From Eledone cirrhosa (Eukaryota): a stretch of DNA of 64,000 bases. The stretch lies in contig OZ024741.1 in the NCBI GenBank assembly GCA_964016885.1, forward strand, positions 409,448,001 to 409,512,000, read 5' to 3'. The number at the start of each line of letters is the position of its first letter. Positions within the stretch are counted from its first letter, which is position 1. The notes below the pieces were generated by a model. It was not told the DNA's origin and did no database searches. It saw nothing but the letters and a program-made list of their open reading frames with translations. Positions 42,501 to 57,654 of this stretch are shown here, one piece after another. The position numbers and the translations under genes were made by a program.

Positions 42501-45500
42501 TAGTTATATAAACTATAGCCTCCGTCTAGTTATATAAACTATAGCCCCAGTCTAGTTATATAAACTATAGCCCCAGTCTAGTTATATAAACTATAGCCCT
42601 AGTCTAGTTATATAAACTATAGCCCCAGTATAGTTATATAAAATATAGCCCCAGTATAGTTATATAAACTATAGCCCTAGTCTAGTTATATAAACTATAG
42701 CCCCAGTCTAGTTATATAAACTATAGCCCCAGTCTAGTTATATAAACTATAACCCCAGTCTAGTTATATAAACTATAGTCCAAGCCTAGTTGTATAAACT
42801 ATAGCCCCAGTCTAGTTATATAAACTATATCCCCAGTCTAGTTATATAAACTATAGCACGAGTCTAGTTATATAAACTATAGCCCCAGTCTAGTTATATA
42901 AACTATAGCCCCAGTCTAGTTATATAAACTATAGCCCCAGTCTAGTTATATAAACTATAACCCCAGTCTAGTTATATAAACTATAGCCCCAGTCTAGTTA
43001 TATAAACTATAGCCTCCGTCTAGTTATATAAACTATAGCCCCAGTCTAGTTATATAAACTATAGCCCCAGTCTAGTTATATAAACTATAGCACGAGTCTA
43101 GTTATATAAACTATAGCCCCAGCCTAGTTATATAAACTATAGCCCCAGTCTAGTTATATAAACTATAGCCCCAGCCTAGTTATATAAACTATAGCCCCAG
43201 TCTAGTTATATAAACTATAGCCCCAGTCTAGTTATATAAACTATATCCCCAGTCTAGTTATATAAACTATAGCCCCAGTCTAGTTATATAAACTATATCC
43301 CCAGTCTAGTTATATAAACTATAGCCCCAGTCTAGTTATATAAACTATAGCCCCAGTCTAGTTATATAAAATATAGCCCCAGTCTAGTTATATAAACTAT
43401 ATCCCCAGTCTAGTTATATAAAGTATAGCCCCAGTCTAGTTATATAAAGTATAGCCCCAGTCTAGTTATATAAACTATAGCCCCAGTCTAGTTATATAAA
43501 CTATAGCCCCAGTCTAGTTATATAAACTATATCCCCAGTCTAGTTATATAAACTATAGCCCCAGTCTAGTTATATAAACTATAGCCCCAGTCTAGTTATA
43601 TAAAATATAGCCCCAGTCTAGTTATATAAACTATATCCCCAGTCTAGTTATATAAACTATAGCATGAGTCTAGTTATATAAACTATACCCCCAGTCTAGT
43701 TATATAAACTATAGCCCCAGTCTAGTTATATAAACTATAGCCCCAGTCTAGTTATATAAACTATAGCCCCAGTCTAGTTATATAAACTATAGCCCTAGTC
43801 TAGTTATATAAACTATAGCCCCAGTATAGTTATATAAACTATAGCCCCAGTATAGTTATATAAAATATAGCCCCAGTATAGTTATATAAACTATAGCCCT
43901 AGTCTAGTTATATAAACTATAGCCCCAGTCTAGTTATATAAACTATAGCCCCAGTCTAGTTATATAAACTATAACCCCAGTCTAGTTATATAAACTATAG
44001 TCCAAGCCTAGTTGTATAAACTATAGCCCCAGTCTAGTTATATAAACTATATCCCCAGTCTAGTTATATAAACTATAGCACGAGTCTAGTTATATAAACT
44101 ATAGCCCCAGTCTAGTTATATAAACTATAGCCCCAGTCTAGTTATATAAACTATAGCCCCAGTCTAGTTATATAAACTATAACCCCAGTCTAGTTATATA
44201 AACTATAGCCCCAGTCTAGTTATATAAACTATAGCCTCCGTCTAGTTATATAAACTATAGCCCCAGTCTAGTTATATAAACTATAGCCCCAGTCTAGTTA
44301 TATAAACTATAGCACGAGTCTAGTTATATAAACTATAGCCCCAGCCTAGTTATATAAACTATAGCCCCAGTCTAGTTATATAAACTATAGCCCCAGCCTA
44401 GTTATATAAACTATAGCCCCAGTCTAGTTATATAAACTATAGCCCCAGTCTAGTTATATAAACTATAGCCCCAGTCTAGTTATATAAACTATAGCCCCAG
44501 TCTAGTTATATAAACTATAGCCCCAGCCTAGTTATATAAACTATAGCTCCAGCCTAGTTATATAAACTATAGCCCCAGTCTAGTTATATAAACTATAGCC
44601 CCAGCCTAGTTATATAAACTATAGCCCCAGTCTAGTTATATAAACTATAGCACGAGTCTAGTTATATAAATTATAGCCTCCGTCTAGTTATATAAACTAT
44701 AGCCCCAGTCTAGTTATATAAACTATAGCCCCAGTCTAGTTATATAAACTATAGCCTCCGTCTAGTTATATAAACTATAGCCTCTGTCTAGTTATATAAA
44801 CTATAGCCCAAGCCTAGTTATATAAACTATAGCCCCAGTCTAGTTATATAAACTATAGCCCCAGTCTAGTTATATAAACTATACCCCCAGTCTAGTTATA
44901 TAAACTATAGCCCCTGTCTAGTTATATAAACTATAGCCCCAGTCTAGTCATATAAACTATAGCCCCAGTCTAGTTATATAAACTATACCCCCAGTCTAGT
45001 TATATAAACTATAGCCCCAGTCTAGTTATATAAACTATACCCCCAGCCTAGTTATAAAAACTATAGCCCCAGTCTAGTTATATAAACTATAGCCCCAGTC
45101 TAGTTATATAAACTATAGCCCCAGCCTAGTTATAAAAACTATAGCCCCAGTCTAGTTATATAAACTATAGCCCCAGTCTAGTTATATAAACTATACCCCC
45201 AGCCTAGTTATAAAAACTATAGCCCCAGTCTAGTTATATAAACTATAGCCCCAGTCTAGTCATATAAACTATAGCCCCAGTCGAGTTATATAAACTATAG
45301 CCCCAGTCTAGTTATATAAACTATAGCACGAGTCTAGTTATATAAATTATAGCCCCAGGCTAGTTATATAAACTATAGCCCCAGTCTAGGGGTTATATAA
45401 ACTATAGCCCCAGTCTATTTATGTAAACTATAGCCCCATTCTAGTTATATAAACTATAGCCCCAGTCTAGTTATATAAACTATAGCCCCAGTCGAGTTAT

Positions 45501-46753
45501 ATAAACTATAGCCCCAGTCTAGTTATATAAACTATAGCCCCAGTCTAGTTATATAAACTATAGCCCCAGTCTAGTTATATAAACTATAGCCCTAGTCTAG
45601 TTATATAAACTATATCCCAGTCTAGTTATATAATCTATAAACCCAGTCTAGTTATATAAACTATAGCCCCAGTCTAGTTATATAATCGATTGCCCCAGTC
45701 TAGTTATAAACTATAGCCCCAGTCTAGTTATATAAACTATAGCCCCAGTCTAGTTATATAAACTATATCCCCAGTCTAGTTATATAAACTATAGCACGAG
45801 TCTAGTTATATAAACTATAGCCCCAGCCTAGTTATATAAACTATAGCCTCCGTCTAGTTATATAATCGATAGCCCCAGTCTAGTTATATAAACTATAGCC
45901 CCAGTCTAGTTATATAAACTATAGCCCCAGTCTAGTTATATAAACTATATCCCCAGTCTAGTTATATAAACTATAGCACGAGTCTAGTTATATAAACTAT
46001 AGCCCCAGCCTAGTTATATAAACTATAGCCCCAGTCTAGTTATATAAACTATATCCCCAGTCTAGTTATATAAACTATATCCCCAGTCTAGTTATATAAA
46101 CTATAGCCCCAGCCTAGTTATATAAACTATAGCCCCAGTCTAGTTATATAAACTATAGCCCCAGTCTAGTTATATAAACTATAGCCCCAGTCTAGTTATA
46201 TAAACTATAGCCCCAGTCTAGTTATATGAACTATAGCCCCAGTCTAGTTATATAAACTATAGCCCCAGTCTAGTTATATAAACTATAGCCTCAGTCTAGT
46301 TATATAAACTATAGCCCCAGTCTAGTTATATAAACTATACCCCCAGTCTAGTTATATAAACTATAGCCCCAGTCTAGTTATATAAACTATAGCCCCATTC
46401 TAGGGGTTATATAAACTATAGCCCCAGTCTAGTTATATAAACTATACCCCCAGTCTAGTTATATAAACTATAGCCCCAGTCTAGTTATATAAACTATAGC
46501 CCCAGTCTAGTTATATAAACTATAGCCCTATTCTAGGGGTTATATAAACTATAGCCCCAGTCTAGTTATATAAACTATAGCCCCAGTCTAGTTATATAAA
46601 CTATACCCCCAGTCTAGTTATATAAACTATAGCCCCAGTCTAGTTATATAAACTATAGCCCCATTCTAGGGGTTATATAAACTATAGCCCCAGTCTAGTT
46701 ATATAAACTATAGCCCCTGTCTAGTTATATAAACAACCCCTGTCTAGGGGTTA
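33590..46753. repeat. 26-bp tandem satellite, ~13.1 kb (~500 units), consensus CTATAGCCCCAGTCTAGTTATATAAA
   Basis: 26-nt periodicity read directly (e.g. GTTATATAAA at 41281 and 41307). Recurrent variants include a +GGG insertion, GCACGAG and GCCTCCG. Confidence 0.97.
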
Positions 46754-46842
46754 TGGATTGATAGAATTACAAGTATGTTGCGTGTGACGCATCTGTTGTA
46801 GATGTTTACATCTTAAGGTGAAATCCCACCAAGGGCCTGTAA

Positions 46843-47601
<759 letters not shown>

Positions 47602-47899
47602 TAAGTAACCCCTACTAATATTGTCATACGTTAAAATATATAGAATTCAGAGAAACATACATATAGAACATCTTATACAAAATCACTGAAGGGTAGATCC
47701 TAATAAAGTCATCTAAAACAAGAAAACTTAACAAGAATCTTGCCCTAGAGGTAGAATCCTAGTTAAAAACCTAAAACTATAAGGCTTCACTAAGTAAGAT
47801 GCTTGTGGACTTTTCTTCTTTTAGATTATTTTACTAGGATCTACTCGCCAATGAATTTTATAAGATGTTCTACACACACGCACACACACACACACACAC

Positions 47900-47974
<75 letters not shown>

Positions 47975-48724
47975 TGTTAGACATGCAGTGACTAACAACA
48001 GAATGTTTTAAGTCTGCGTGTCTGGCATATATGCGTAGCTTGTGAATAAAAAATTCAAGGGGTGTCGCTGGCCGTGGTGATCCCTGCCAAACATCTTTTG
48101 TAATGTATCGTCTTATTGGCTAATTTCATCGTCTTATTGGCTAATTAACCAATGAGTGTAATTGTTGCTCAAAAACATCCGCCACTTTGCACGTTTATTT
48201 ATCGTTTCGCTTTCGAATCTTCCTCCTGTATTTCCTCGTTTATCATCAAAATATTTTTCTCGTTTTGGTAAGTTATATTGTTAATTTATATATGATTTTT
48301 TAAATTTATATTAACTATTTTTTTTTTCAGTTCGTTATAGCATGCTTATAATATAGGTTGTATCATATTTACTTGTATATTTGTCCATATTATTGTTCGT
48401 TTTATGTTAGATTATTTTATTATTATTATTATTATTATGTTAGATTATTTTTTTATTATTATGTTAGACTATTTGTATGTAATATTTAATTTTTATTAAT
48501 TCATCTATAACAATTATGTAAAATATATTTATTTAATATTGATTGTTTTTTTGTAGTTTATATTAAAAGTCTGAAAATATTTTTATACATCTTACAATAA
48601 TATTTATAAGATCATTTATAAAATAACAATTATATAATCTAATTACATTACAACGATAATTTATTATTAATATATATCATGTTTAACTAGAGTTATTACA
48701 AGCGTTGCCTTAAAAAAGTATTAA

Positions 48725-49174
48725 ACTAGACCTGAAAAATGCGCAGGCTCAAAAGAGCCACAGAATGTTATAATAAACCTTCAAAAGTGTGGGACTAGAG
48801 TTGTTGTTCAAAAATATTGTAATCATTATCTATCGTACACTCTGTGGCATCCTTTTATAAAAAAAAAGAGACTCATAACGAACTCAAGACGACACGATAA
48901 TTATTTAAGTGAATTTATAATATAGAATTCGGTTTAAGTGCATTTCGTATTAATCATTACTAAACATCTAATATGAGATATTGAACATTAGCTTAAATAA
49001 TTATCGTGTCGTCTTGAGTTCATTATGAGTCTCTTTTTTTATAAAAGGATGCCACAGAGTGTACGATAGATAATGATTACAATATTTTTTAGCAACAACT
49101 CTAGTCCCACACTATTGAAGGTTTATTATAACATTCTGTGGCGCTTTTGAGCTTGCGCATTTTTCATGTCTAGT
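48725..49174. mobile_element. Foldback/MITE-like element with ~185-bp inverted arms, inside the last Deltex intron
   Basis: 48725-48910 is the imperfect reverse complement of ~48991-49174; termini ACTAGAC...GTCTAGT. Confidence 0.75.
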
Positions 49175-49532
49175 ATATATATGTGTGTGTGTGTATTTTT
49201 CCTCGGTTACTCACTTGCATGTTCCATTGTCCTGTGTCCTCATTCGGTCTGTTTACTCGTTTTTTCTCTTTCTTCTTCTCTCCTCGCTGCTTTTTTTTTT
49301 TTTTTCTTTTTTTCTTTTTTTTTTGCTTTTTTTTTCTTTTCTTCCTGGCCTTTTGATCGATAAAAGCCCTTGGGTGCGCCGCTGATCGCTTATGATATCC
49401 TGTTTTAAGCGCCGGAACATCTATAATCTGCGGTTAACAGCTGATGAAGGATTTCTTCTCTTGTTTCGTCCTTATTACCATCTTAAACTTTGTTTACAGT
49501 AACCACACAGCTCGCTTCGTTTCTTGTAATTT

Positions 49533-49620
<88 letters not shown>

Positions 49621-49623
<3 letters not shown>

Positions 49624-49728
49624 CGAAGGAAATGTGGTAAGGAACCAGGTGGACCATAACGCACCAAAGTACTCAACAGAATTAGCCGTCGAAACGGCTT
49701 GAGCTCAGCCGTCGGGGTCTTACTTGTT

Positions 49729-49731
<3 letters not shown>
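49621..49731. mobile_element. Third short inverted insertion of the PLE family A terminus
   Basis: 49621-49676 equals ~44-99; 49677-49731 is the reverse complement of ~124-178. Flanked by (TA)n. Confidence 0.85.
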
Positions 49732-49822
<91 letters not shown>

Positions 49823-49907
49823 TAGACATATTGTCTTTAATGTGTTAAAATGTCCGAGACCCCCAGCAGACAGCTGAAGAGAGACTGTCCCTTGTTTGTG
49901 CTTTCCT

Positions 49908-49944
<37 letters not shown>

Positions 49945-50726
49945 TGGAGAAAACCACGTGTCTATAGCGAAATTTACTGCTAGAACACACCCGCTGAGGC
50001 TATAGAACGCAAGATTTGTTGACGAAGTAAATCCTTTGTTCTGTCGTCAAAGGCCATTAACTTGCAGACCCCTGCAAGCGGAATTAGTCGATCTCGGATT
50101 TACAGAAACCTAGCGTGGATGTTGTATGTTATATGTGATGTATATCGTATGCTATACGATATGCATTATATATTGCATTCGGTCTCCGCATGATGGTCCA
50201 GGTCAGTTAAAAATCTTTTTGAGTCCAGTCTTTTTCGTTGCTATGGCAATGCGGCTGGACTGCCGATCGCTATATTTGATTTGCAAAGCTGTCTAAACGT
50301 ATTGTTATAACTCTGGGGTATTATTCTCCATCGAGTGCTAAAGCTACATTCCCAATTTACATTCGTTAGCTTAGCCGCAGCCTAAAGCTTCGTTAATGCT
50401 GTACTAACATTTGTATATATATATATACACACGTAATCCTGGTATGTGTATATGCATTTTTTTTTCTAACTTTAATTTTATACCTAATTGTGTATGGTTG
50501 ACGGTATATTTAATCGATTTCCACGTGCTATTGAAATGCTGGGTAAATATTCTGTAGCTGTTGATCGCGAATAGATGGCTGTCGTTTATTTATCTATTAT
50601 TTCTTCATAGGTGCCTTTTAATCTTATAGCCTGGTTTAATTGTTTTTTTTGTGTGGTTGATTATGCTAATTGGGAGAGGAAATTGAGTATATATCTTATC
50701 AAATGATTCTATGGACATAATTTATA

Positions 50727-50778
<52 letters not shown>

Positions 50779-51021
50779 GAAAATGGACCTAAAACAATGA
50801 TATATATATATATATATTGTAATTATCTCCTCTCATTTATGTACACTTTACATTCTCTTTCTCTACCTATCTATCTACTTGTCTATCTACCTCTCTCTCT
50901 ACTTGTCTCTCTACTCCTCTCTCTCTCTATCTATCTACTTGTCTCTCTACTCCTCTCTCTATCTATCTATCTACATGTCTCTATATCAGTCTTACTCTGT
51001 CTTTCTCTGGTTCTATTTCAG

Positions 51022-51091
51022 CTGTGGCTTCCCTGATGCGTCCTACCTTTCTTTGGTAAGGCAACAGCTGGAGAAGAAAGGCATCAAGTGA
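51022..51091 (+). CDS. Deltex-family E3 ligase, last coding exon
   Basis: Acceptor ctatttcAG; the phase-2 join gives (N)CGFPDASYLSLVRQQLEKKGIK*, matching the GYPDxxYLxRVxxELxxKGI end of DTC domains. Confidence 0.9.
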
Positions 51092-51107
51092 GCCACGATT
51101 ACCGAGT

Positions 51108-51508
51108 GACATCTCCCACCACATCTCACATCTCCCACCACTACCACAACATCCCCCCACCACCACAACATCCCCCCGTTACCATCACCACAACATCCCC
51201 CCGCCACCACCACCACAACATCCCCCCATCTCCACCACACAAAATCCCCCCACCTCCACCACCACAACATCTCCCACCACCACCAAAACCACAACATCAC
51301 CACCACACAACATCCCCCCACCACCACCACCACAACATCTTCCACCACATCCCTCACCACCACTACACAACATCCCCCCACCTCCACCACCACAACATCT
51401 CCCGCCACCACCACCACCACCACACATCTCCCACCACCACAACATCCCCCCACCACCACCAAACAACATTCCCGCGCCACTACACAACATCTCACCCCCA
51501 CCACCAAA
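51108..51508. repeat. C-rich minisatellite (CCACCACCACAACATCCCC-like) just after the Deltex stop codon
   Basis: Seen directly. Confidence 0.9.
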
Positions 51509-51534
51509 TCTCAACTTCAAACTGAAATCAATGA

Positions 51535-51950
51535 AAACCAACAAACTAAACCAAACTATTTAACTAAACCAAACCAAACCAAACTATTTAACTAAACCAA
51601 ATCAAACCAAACTATTTAACTAAACCAAACCAAACTATTTAACTAAACCAAATCAAACCAAACTATTTAACTAAACCAAATCAAACCAAACTATTTAACT
51701 AAACCAAATCAAACCAAACTATTTAACTAAACCAAACTATTTAACTAAACCAAACCAAACCAAACTATTTAACTAAACCAAACCAAACTATTTAACTAAA
51801 CCAAACCAAACTATTTAACTAAACCAAATCAAACCAAACTATTTAACTAAACCAAATCAAACCAAACTATTTAACTAAACAAAACCAAACCAAACTATTT
51901 AACTAAACCAAACCAAACCAAACTATTTAACTAAACCAAACCAAACCAAA
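51535..51950. repeat. Minisatellite CTATTTAACTAAA(CCAAA)n
   Basis: Seen directly. Confidence 0.92.
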
Positions 51951-52034
51951 TCAATCATTACACTTCATTCCAAACCTTTTTTTTAACAAGAAAAATGTAA
52001 AAAATACGAAACGAAGGTAAAAACCAAAAATTTC

Positions 52035-52053
52035 AACTACTACTACTACCACC

Positions 52054-52085
<32 letters not shown>

Positions 52086-52648
52086 CACTACTACTACTAC
52101 CACTACTACTATTACCACTACTACTACTAGTCTTACTACCACTACTAATACTGCTACTACTATTACTACTACTACCACTACTACTACCACCACTACTACT
52201 ACAACCACTACTACTACCACTACCACTACTACTACTAATACTACTACCACTACTACTACTACTACCACTACTACTACTAGTCTTACTACCACTACTAATA
52301 CTGCTACTACTACTACTACTACCACTACTACTACTACTACTAGTCTTACTACCACTACTACTACTATTACTACTACTACCACTACTACCACTACCACTAC
52401 TACCACCACTACCACTACTACTACTACTACTACCACTACTACTACTACTACTACTACCACTACTACTACTACTACCACCACTACTACTACCACTACTACT
52501 ACCACTACCACTACTACCACCACTACCACTACTACTACTACCACTACTACTACCACTACTATTACTACTACCACTACCACTACTACCACTACCACCACTA
52601 CTACTACTACTACCACTACCACTACTACCACTACTACTAGTCTTACTA
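52035..52648. repeat. (CTA)/(CCA) trinucleotide tract
   Basis: Seen directly. Confidence 0.95.
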
Positions 52649-52837
52649 TAGTAAAACAACAACAATAGGAAAGTAGAATTAACTGAGAAAATAAATTGTA
52701 AACAACTACATAATACCCCCCCTCTATATGTGTGTCTGTATGTGTATGTGTGTGTGTGTATATATGTGTGTGTGTATATATACGTGTGTGTGTGTATATA
52801 TATAGTTGTGTGTATGTGTATATATATATATATACGA

Positions 52838-53122
52838 TATATTAACAAAAGGAAACTATATTTATAAAACCATATTTATTTCATTATACATATTTCAAGG
52901 ACACCAAGTTAAATTATGGTGTGCTTTCATCAGATAAAACATAATATAGATCAGTTTTATAAATAAATATTGACATACCCTTAAAGAATGCAACCATTAC
53001 TGTTGGAAGCTCCCGGATAGTGGGGTTATAGCGTATTTTTACTCCAAATACTTGTTGAGTGCTTTATATCAGTTATAAAAATATTTGCTTGTTGTATCCC
53101 AACAATTTAAATAGAACTTCTA
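52838..53122. mobile_element. Inverted-junction fragment of the Hydra-like PLE pseudo-LTR
   Basis: 52838-53029 is the reverse complement of ~23278-23471; 53031-53122 matches 23470-23560 in forward orientation. Confidence 0.85.
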
Positions 53123-53141
53123 CATATATATATATTTATAC

Positions 53142-53313
53142 ATATCAAGTTTAATATAGAAATGGCTTCTACAAGACTAGAACTGTTTCATTCAGAAGAA
53201 ATCATCAGGAAAGCTTTCCTGTAAAGGTTATTTCTATATTAAACTTGATATTTACACTCTACTAATGTATTGAGTACCTTACTGACTGTGGTTACCTCCG
53301 ATTGAACCCGGGA
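53142..53313. mobile_element. PLE terminal fragment with inverted arms and a hammerhead core (minus strand: CTGATGA-TTTC(TTCT)GAAT-GAAA)
   Basis: Inverted repeat TATCAAGTTTAATATAGAAAT / ATTTCTATATTAAACTTGATA; terminal motif shared with 27290-27325. Confidence 0.55.
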
Positions 53314-53314
53314 T

Positions 53315-53345
<31 letters not shown>

Positions 53346-53521
53346 CACACACACACACATATATATATATTTATATATATATACACACACACACATATAT
53401 ATATACACACTCACACACACACACATATACATATATATATACACACACACACACATACACACACACATATATACACACACACACATATATATATATACAC
53501 ACACACACACACATATATATA

Positions 53522-53562
<41 letters not shown>

Positions 53563-53602
53563 TAACACACACATACATATATATATATACACACACACAC
53601 AC

Positions 53603-53633
<31 letters not shown>

Positions 53634-54998
53634 TATATATATACACACAGGTATACACACATATATATATATACACTCTGTCACTAAGACTGCACACTTT
53701 GGCACAAGACACACAAAACATTGTTTTTAAGATGACATTCTTCCTATAAAAATATTCAGACAATATAATAATAATATCAATTAAATTAAATATAATTAAT
53801 TAAATTAACTAAGCTAAAATATATTTTAAATGAAATAAATTTTAAAATGATACAAATTGAAAGTATTTAAAAGGTTTCAAATAAATCAGGAATGACAGTT
53901 TGAAGTGGTGAGGGGGGTTAAATTAGGCATAAAGAAGACCACACTACTACTGCTACTACTACTACTACCAACACCCCTACTACTACTACTACTACTACTA
54001 CTACTAGTGAGGAAATCATAACCCCCACCCTAACCCCTAAAATAAGCCAACAGCCCAACGCTCACCCCTAAAATAGGCCAACACCCCCACCCTACACTCA
54101 GACATCCAACATTTCAAGGAAAGAGAATAAAAAGGAGCTGACAAATGAATTGAACAACTAAAAAAAAACAAAAAGTCACAACAAAACGAAGGAAATTGAA
54201 GTAAAAATAGTGGGGGGGGGGGGGGGGATATTATTTTTAAAGCTGTTATTTCATTAGATGACATCATTGTAATGTGAAAGGAAAGGAAATTTAAGATGAA
54301 AGGAGACAGAAAATTAAGCAACTTTCTGTAAAGAAGTGGCTGAGAGAGACATAACAACAACAACAGCTTTTGAAGGGACATAACAACAACAACAACAGGA
54401 GAATTGCCAGAATTGTTAAAATGTCAAATAGAATATTTTGTGGTATTTGTGACCTACCGAGATCAACTTTGCCTTTTATCCTTTTGAGATTGACAAAAAA
54501 AGTAGCAGTCAAGTACAGGGGTCGATTCTTCCCCTCTCTCTCTCACTCTCTTTCCTTCTCTAGAAGAAATGTGCTGTGTTCAGACCTGGAGATACTCTCT
54601 GCCAGGTTGCCTTATACTGTTGATCAATACAGCAGCCCTACAACTCCTTACACGACCATAGATACAATGCAAAGGGGACACATGACACCAGACACCGTAG
54701 GGTCCCCTATTTTTGAGACAATATTTTTACGACCGGATAGATGCCTGTTGTGGCATTAATCCTTTTTTCCTTTTCAATTGCTGCCTACAACATGCAGGGA
54801 TATGGTCTATCTACCTACATATATATGTATAGATAGATATATACACACATGTATATATATATATATATGCATCGTGCAAGAATGAGGGGCCCATTCTACT
54901 GACATGGCTATAAAAATGAGGCTTGTTTGCATAATTGCAAACGAATTGAATGTTATTAATATTCGAAAAACTCAGATTACATTTATTGTATATATACA

Positions 54999-56628
54999 CA
55001 CAGAGACACACATGTATAAATATGGTTGGTAGATCTATTATCACAGAGTATAGAGACAGAGACACACATGTATAAATATGGTTGGTAGATCTATTATCAC
55101 AGAGTATAGAGACAGAGACACACATGTATAAATATGGTTGGTAGATCTATTATCACAGAGTATAGAGACAGAGACACACATGTATAAATATGGTTGGTAG
55201 ATCTATTATCACAGAGTATAGAGACAGAGACACACATGTATAAATATGGTTGGTAGATCTATTATCACAGAGTATAGAGACAGAGACACACATGTATAAA
55301 TATGGTTGGTAGATCTATTATCACAGAGTATAGAGACAGAGACACACATGTATAAATATGGTTGGTAGATCTATTATCACAAAGTATAGAGACAGAGACA
55401 CACATGTATAAATATGGTTGGTAGATCTATTATCACAGAGTATAGAGACAGAGACACACATGTATAAATATGGTTGGTAGATCTATTATCACAGAGTATA
55501 GAGACAGAGACACACATGTATAAATATGGTTGGTAGATCTATTATCACAGAGTATAGAGACAGAGACACACATGTATAAATATGGTTGGTAGATCTATTA
55601 TCACAGAGTATAGAGACAGAGACACACATGTATAAATATGGTTGGTAGATCTATTATCACAGAGTATAGAGACAGAGACACACATGTATAAATATGGTTG
55701 GTAGATCTATTATCACAGAGTATAGAGACAGAGACACACATGTATAAATATGGTTGGTAGATCTATTATCACAGAGTATAGAGACAGAGACACACATGTA
55801 TAAATATGGTTGGTAGATCTATTATCACAAAGTATAGAGACAGAGACACACATGTATAAATATGGTTGGTAGATCTATTATCACAGAGTATAGAGACAGA
55901 GACACACATGTATAAATATGGTTGGTAGATCTATTATCACAGAGTATAGAGACAGAGACACACATGTATAAATATGGTTGGTAGATCTATTATCACAGAG
56001 TATAGAGACAGAGACACACATGTATAAATATGGTTGGTAGATCTATTATCACAGAGTATAGAGACAGAGACACACATGTATAAATATGGTTGGTAGATCT
56101 ATTATCACAGAGTATAGAGACAGAGACACACATGTATAAATATGGTTGGTAGATCTATTATCACAGAGTATAGAGACAGAGACACACATGTATAAATATG
56201 GTTGGTAGATCTATTATCACAGAGTATAGAGACAGAGACACACATGTATAAATATGGTTGGTAGATCTATTATCACAGAGTATAGAGACAGAGACACACA
56301 TGTATAAATATGGTTGGTAGATCTATTATCACAGAGTATAGAGACAGAGACACACATGTATAAATATGGTTGGTAGATCTATTATCACAGAGTATAGAGA
56401 CAGAGACACACATGTATAAATATGGTTGGTAGATCTATTATCACAGAGTATAGAGACAGAGACACACATGTATAAATATGGTTGGTAGATCTATTATCAC
56501 AGAGTATAGAGACAGAGACACACATGTATAAATATGGTTGGTAGATCTATTATCACAGAGTATAGAGACAGAGACACACATGTATAAATATGGTTGGTAG
56601 ATCTATTATCACAGAGTATAGAGAGAGA
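54999..56628. repeat. Near-perfect 56-bp tandem array (~29 units)
   Basis: Unit GAGACAGAGACACACATGTATAAATATGGTTGGTAGATCTATTATCACAGAGTATA; period checked at 55501 and 55557. Confidence 0.96.
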
Positions 56629-56871
56629 CTTGAAAGAATGAACAAGGTTACAGGGGTCTATTATATAGATGACTGTCACCTTCACCTTCAGGTCACAACA
56701 ATTTGTAACATGTATTTTAGCAGATAGGTAAATATATGTATACACAATTCTATACATGTGTGTGTTTCATAGATAGGTGTATATATGTATGTTTCTACAT
56801 ACATACGTTTATACATATATATATATATACATGCATACTTACATATATACATACTTCCATATATACATATA

Positions 56872-56985
56872 TACATGTCATTGTTTTTACACCCACTTTT
56901 CCATGCAGGCATGGGTTGGATGAGATGTTTTGAGGCAATGTTTCACAGCCAGATGCCCTTCCTGATTCAAACAATTTATTCACCT
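56872..56985 (-). mobile_element. Old RTE-tail/SINE 3' fragment
   Basis: Diverged match to the GGAAGGGCATC...CATGC..GCATGGAA..GG.GTAAAA 3' end of R1/R2. Confidence 0.5.
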
Positions 56986-56988
56986 CAT

Positions 56989-57035
<47 letters not shown>

Positions 57036-57208
57036 GCACAAAATATACACCCGTATTACAAAGCTATATTTGTCTAACATGTCATGTGATCTAAGAATGT
57101 ATATAGAAACTAAACCAATTCTACATTGTCATTTAGTCCTACAAAACACTGTTTTACATTCCGCCTCCTCCTATTTCGTGGTGTCAAACCTTTTCGTTAC
57201 ATCTTAAT

Positions 57209-57615
57209 GGTCACTGGCACTGTGACACTGCCAGTGACACTGTAACACTACAACTGTTGTAGTGACACTGTAACACTACAACTGTTGTAGTGACACTGTA
57301 ACACTACAACTGTTGTAGTGACACTGTAACACTACAACTGTTGTAGTGACACTGTAATACTACAACTGTTGCAGTGTCACTGGAACTGTAACACTGGTAG
57401 TGACACTGTGACACTACAACTGTTGCAGTGTCACTGGCACTGTAACACTGGTAGTGACACTGTAACACTACAACTGTTGTAGTGACACTGGCACTGTAAC
57501 AGTGTCACAACAGTTGTAGTGACACTGGCACTGTAACAGTGTAACAGTACAACTGTTGTAGTGACACTGGCAGTGTTACAGTGTCACTACAACAGTTGTA
57601 GTGTCACTGGCATTG
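57209..57615. repeat. 28-bp minisatellite (GTGACACTGTAACACTACAACTGTTGTA) with an inverted terminal block
   Basis: Seen directly; units are internally self-complementary. Confidence 0.88.
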
Positions 57616-57654
57616 TGTGCACATATATATGCATATATATATATATAAATAAAT

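Noticed and set aside
33590-46753. CRISPR array or homing-endonuclease (I-CeuI-like AACTATA) site array
   Set aside because: Units are head-to-tail with no unique spacers, there are no cas genes and the context is eukaryotic. The resemblance to the I-CeuI site covers only a few bases.
51043-52848. His/Pro-rich, poly-Val and Ser/Gly-rich ORFs
   Set aside because: They are minisatellite and (CTA)n translations downstream of the Deltex stop codon.
54025-54040. Telomeric repeat CCCTAA
   Set aside because: Only one to two units; expected by chance.
54999-56628. CRISPR-like 56-bp periodicity
   Set aside because: The whole unit is invariant; there are no spacers.
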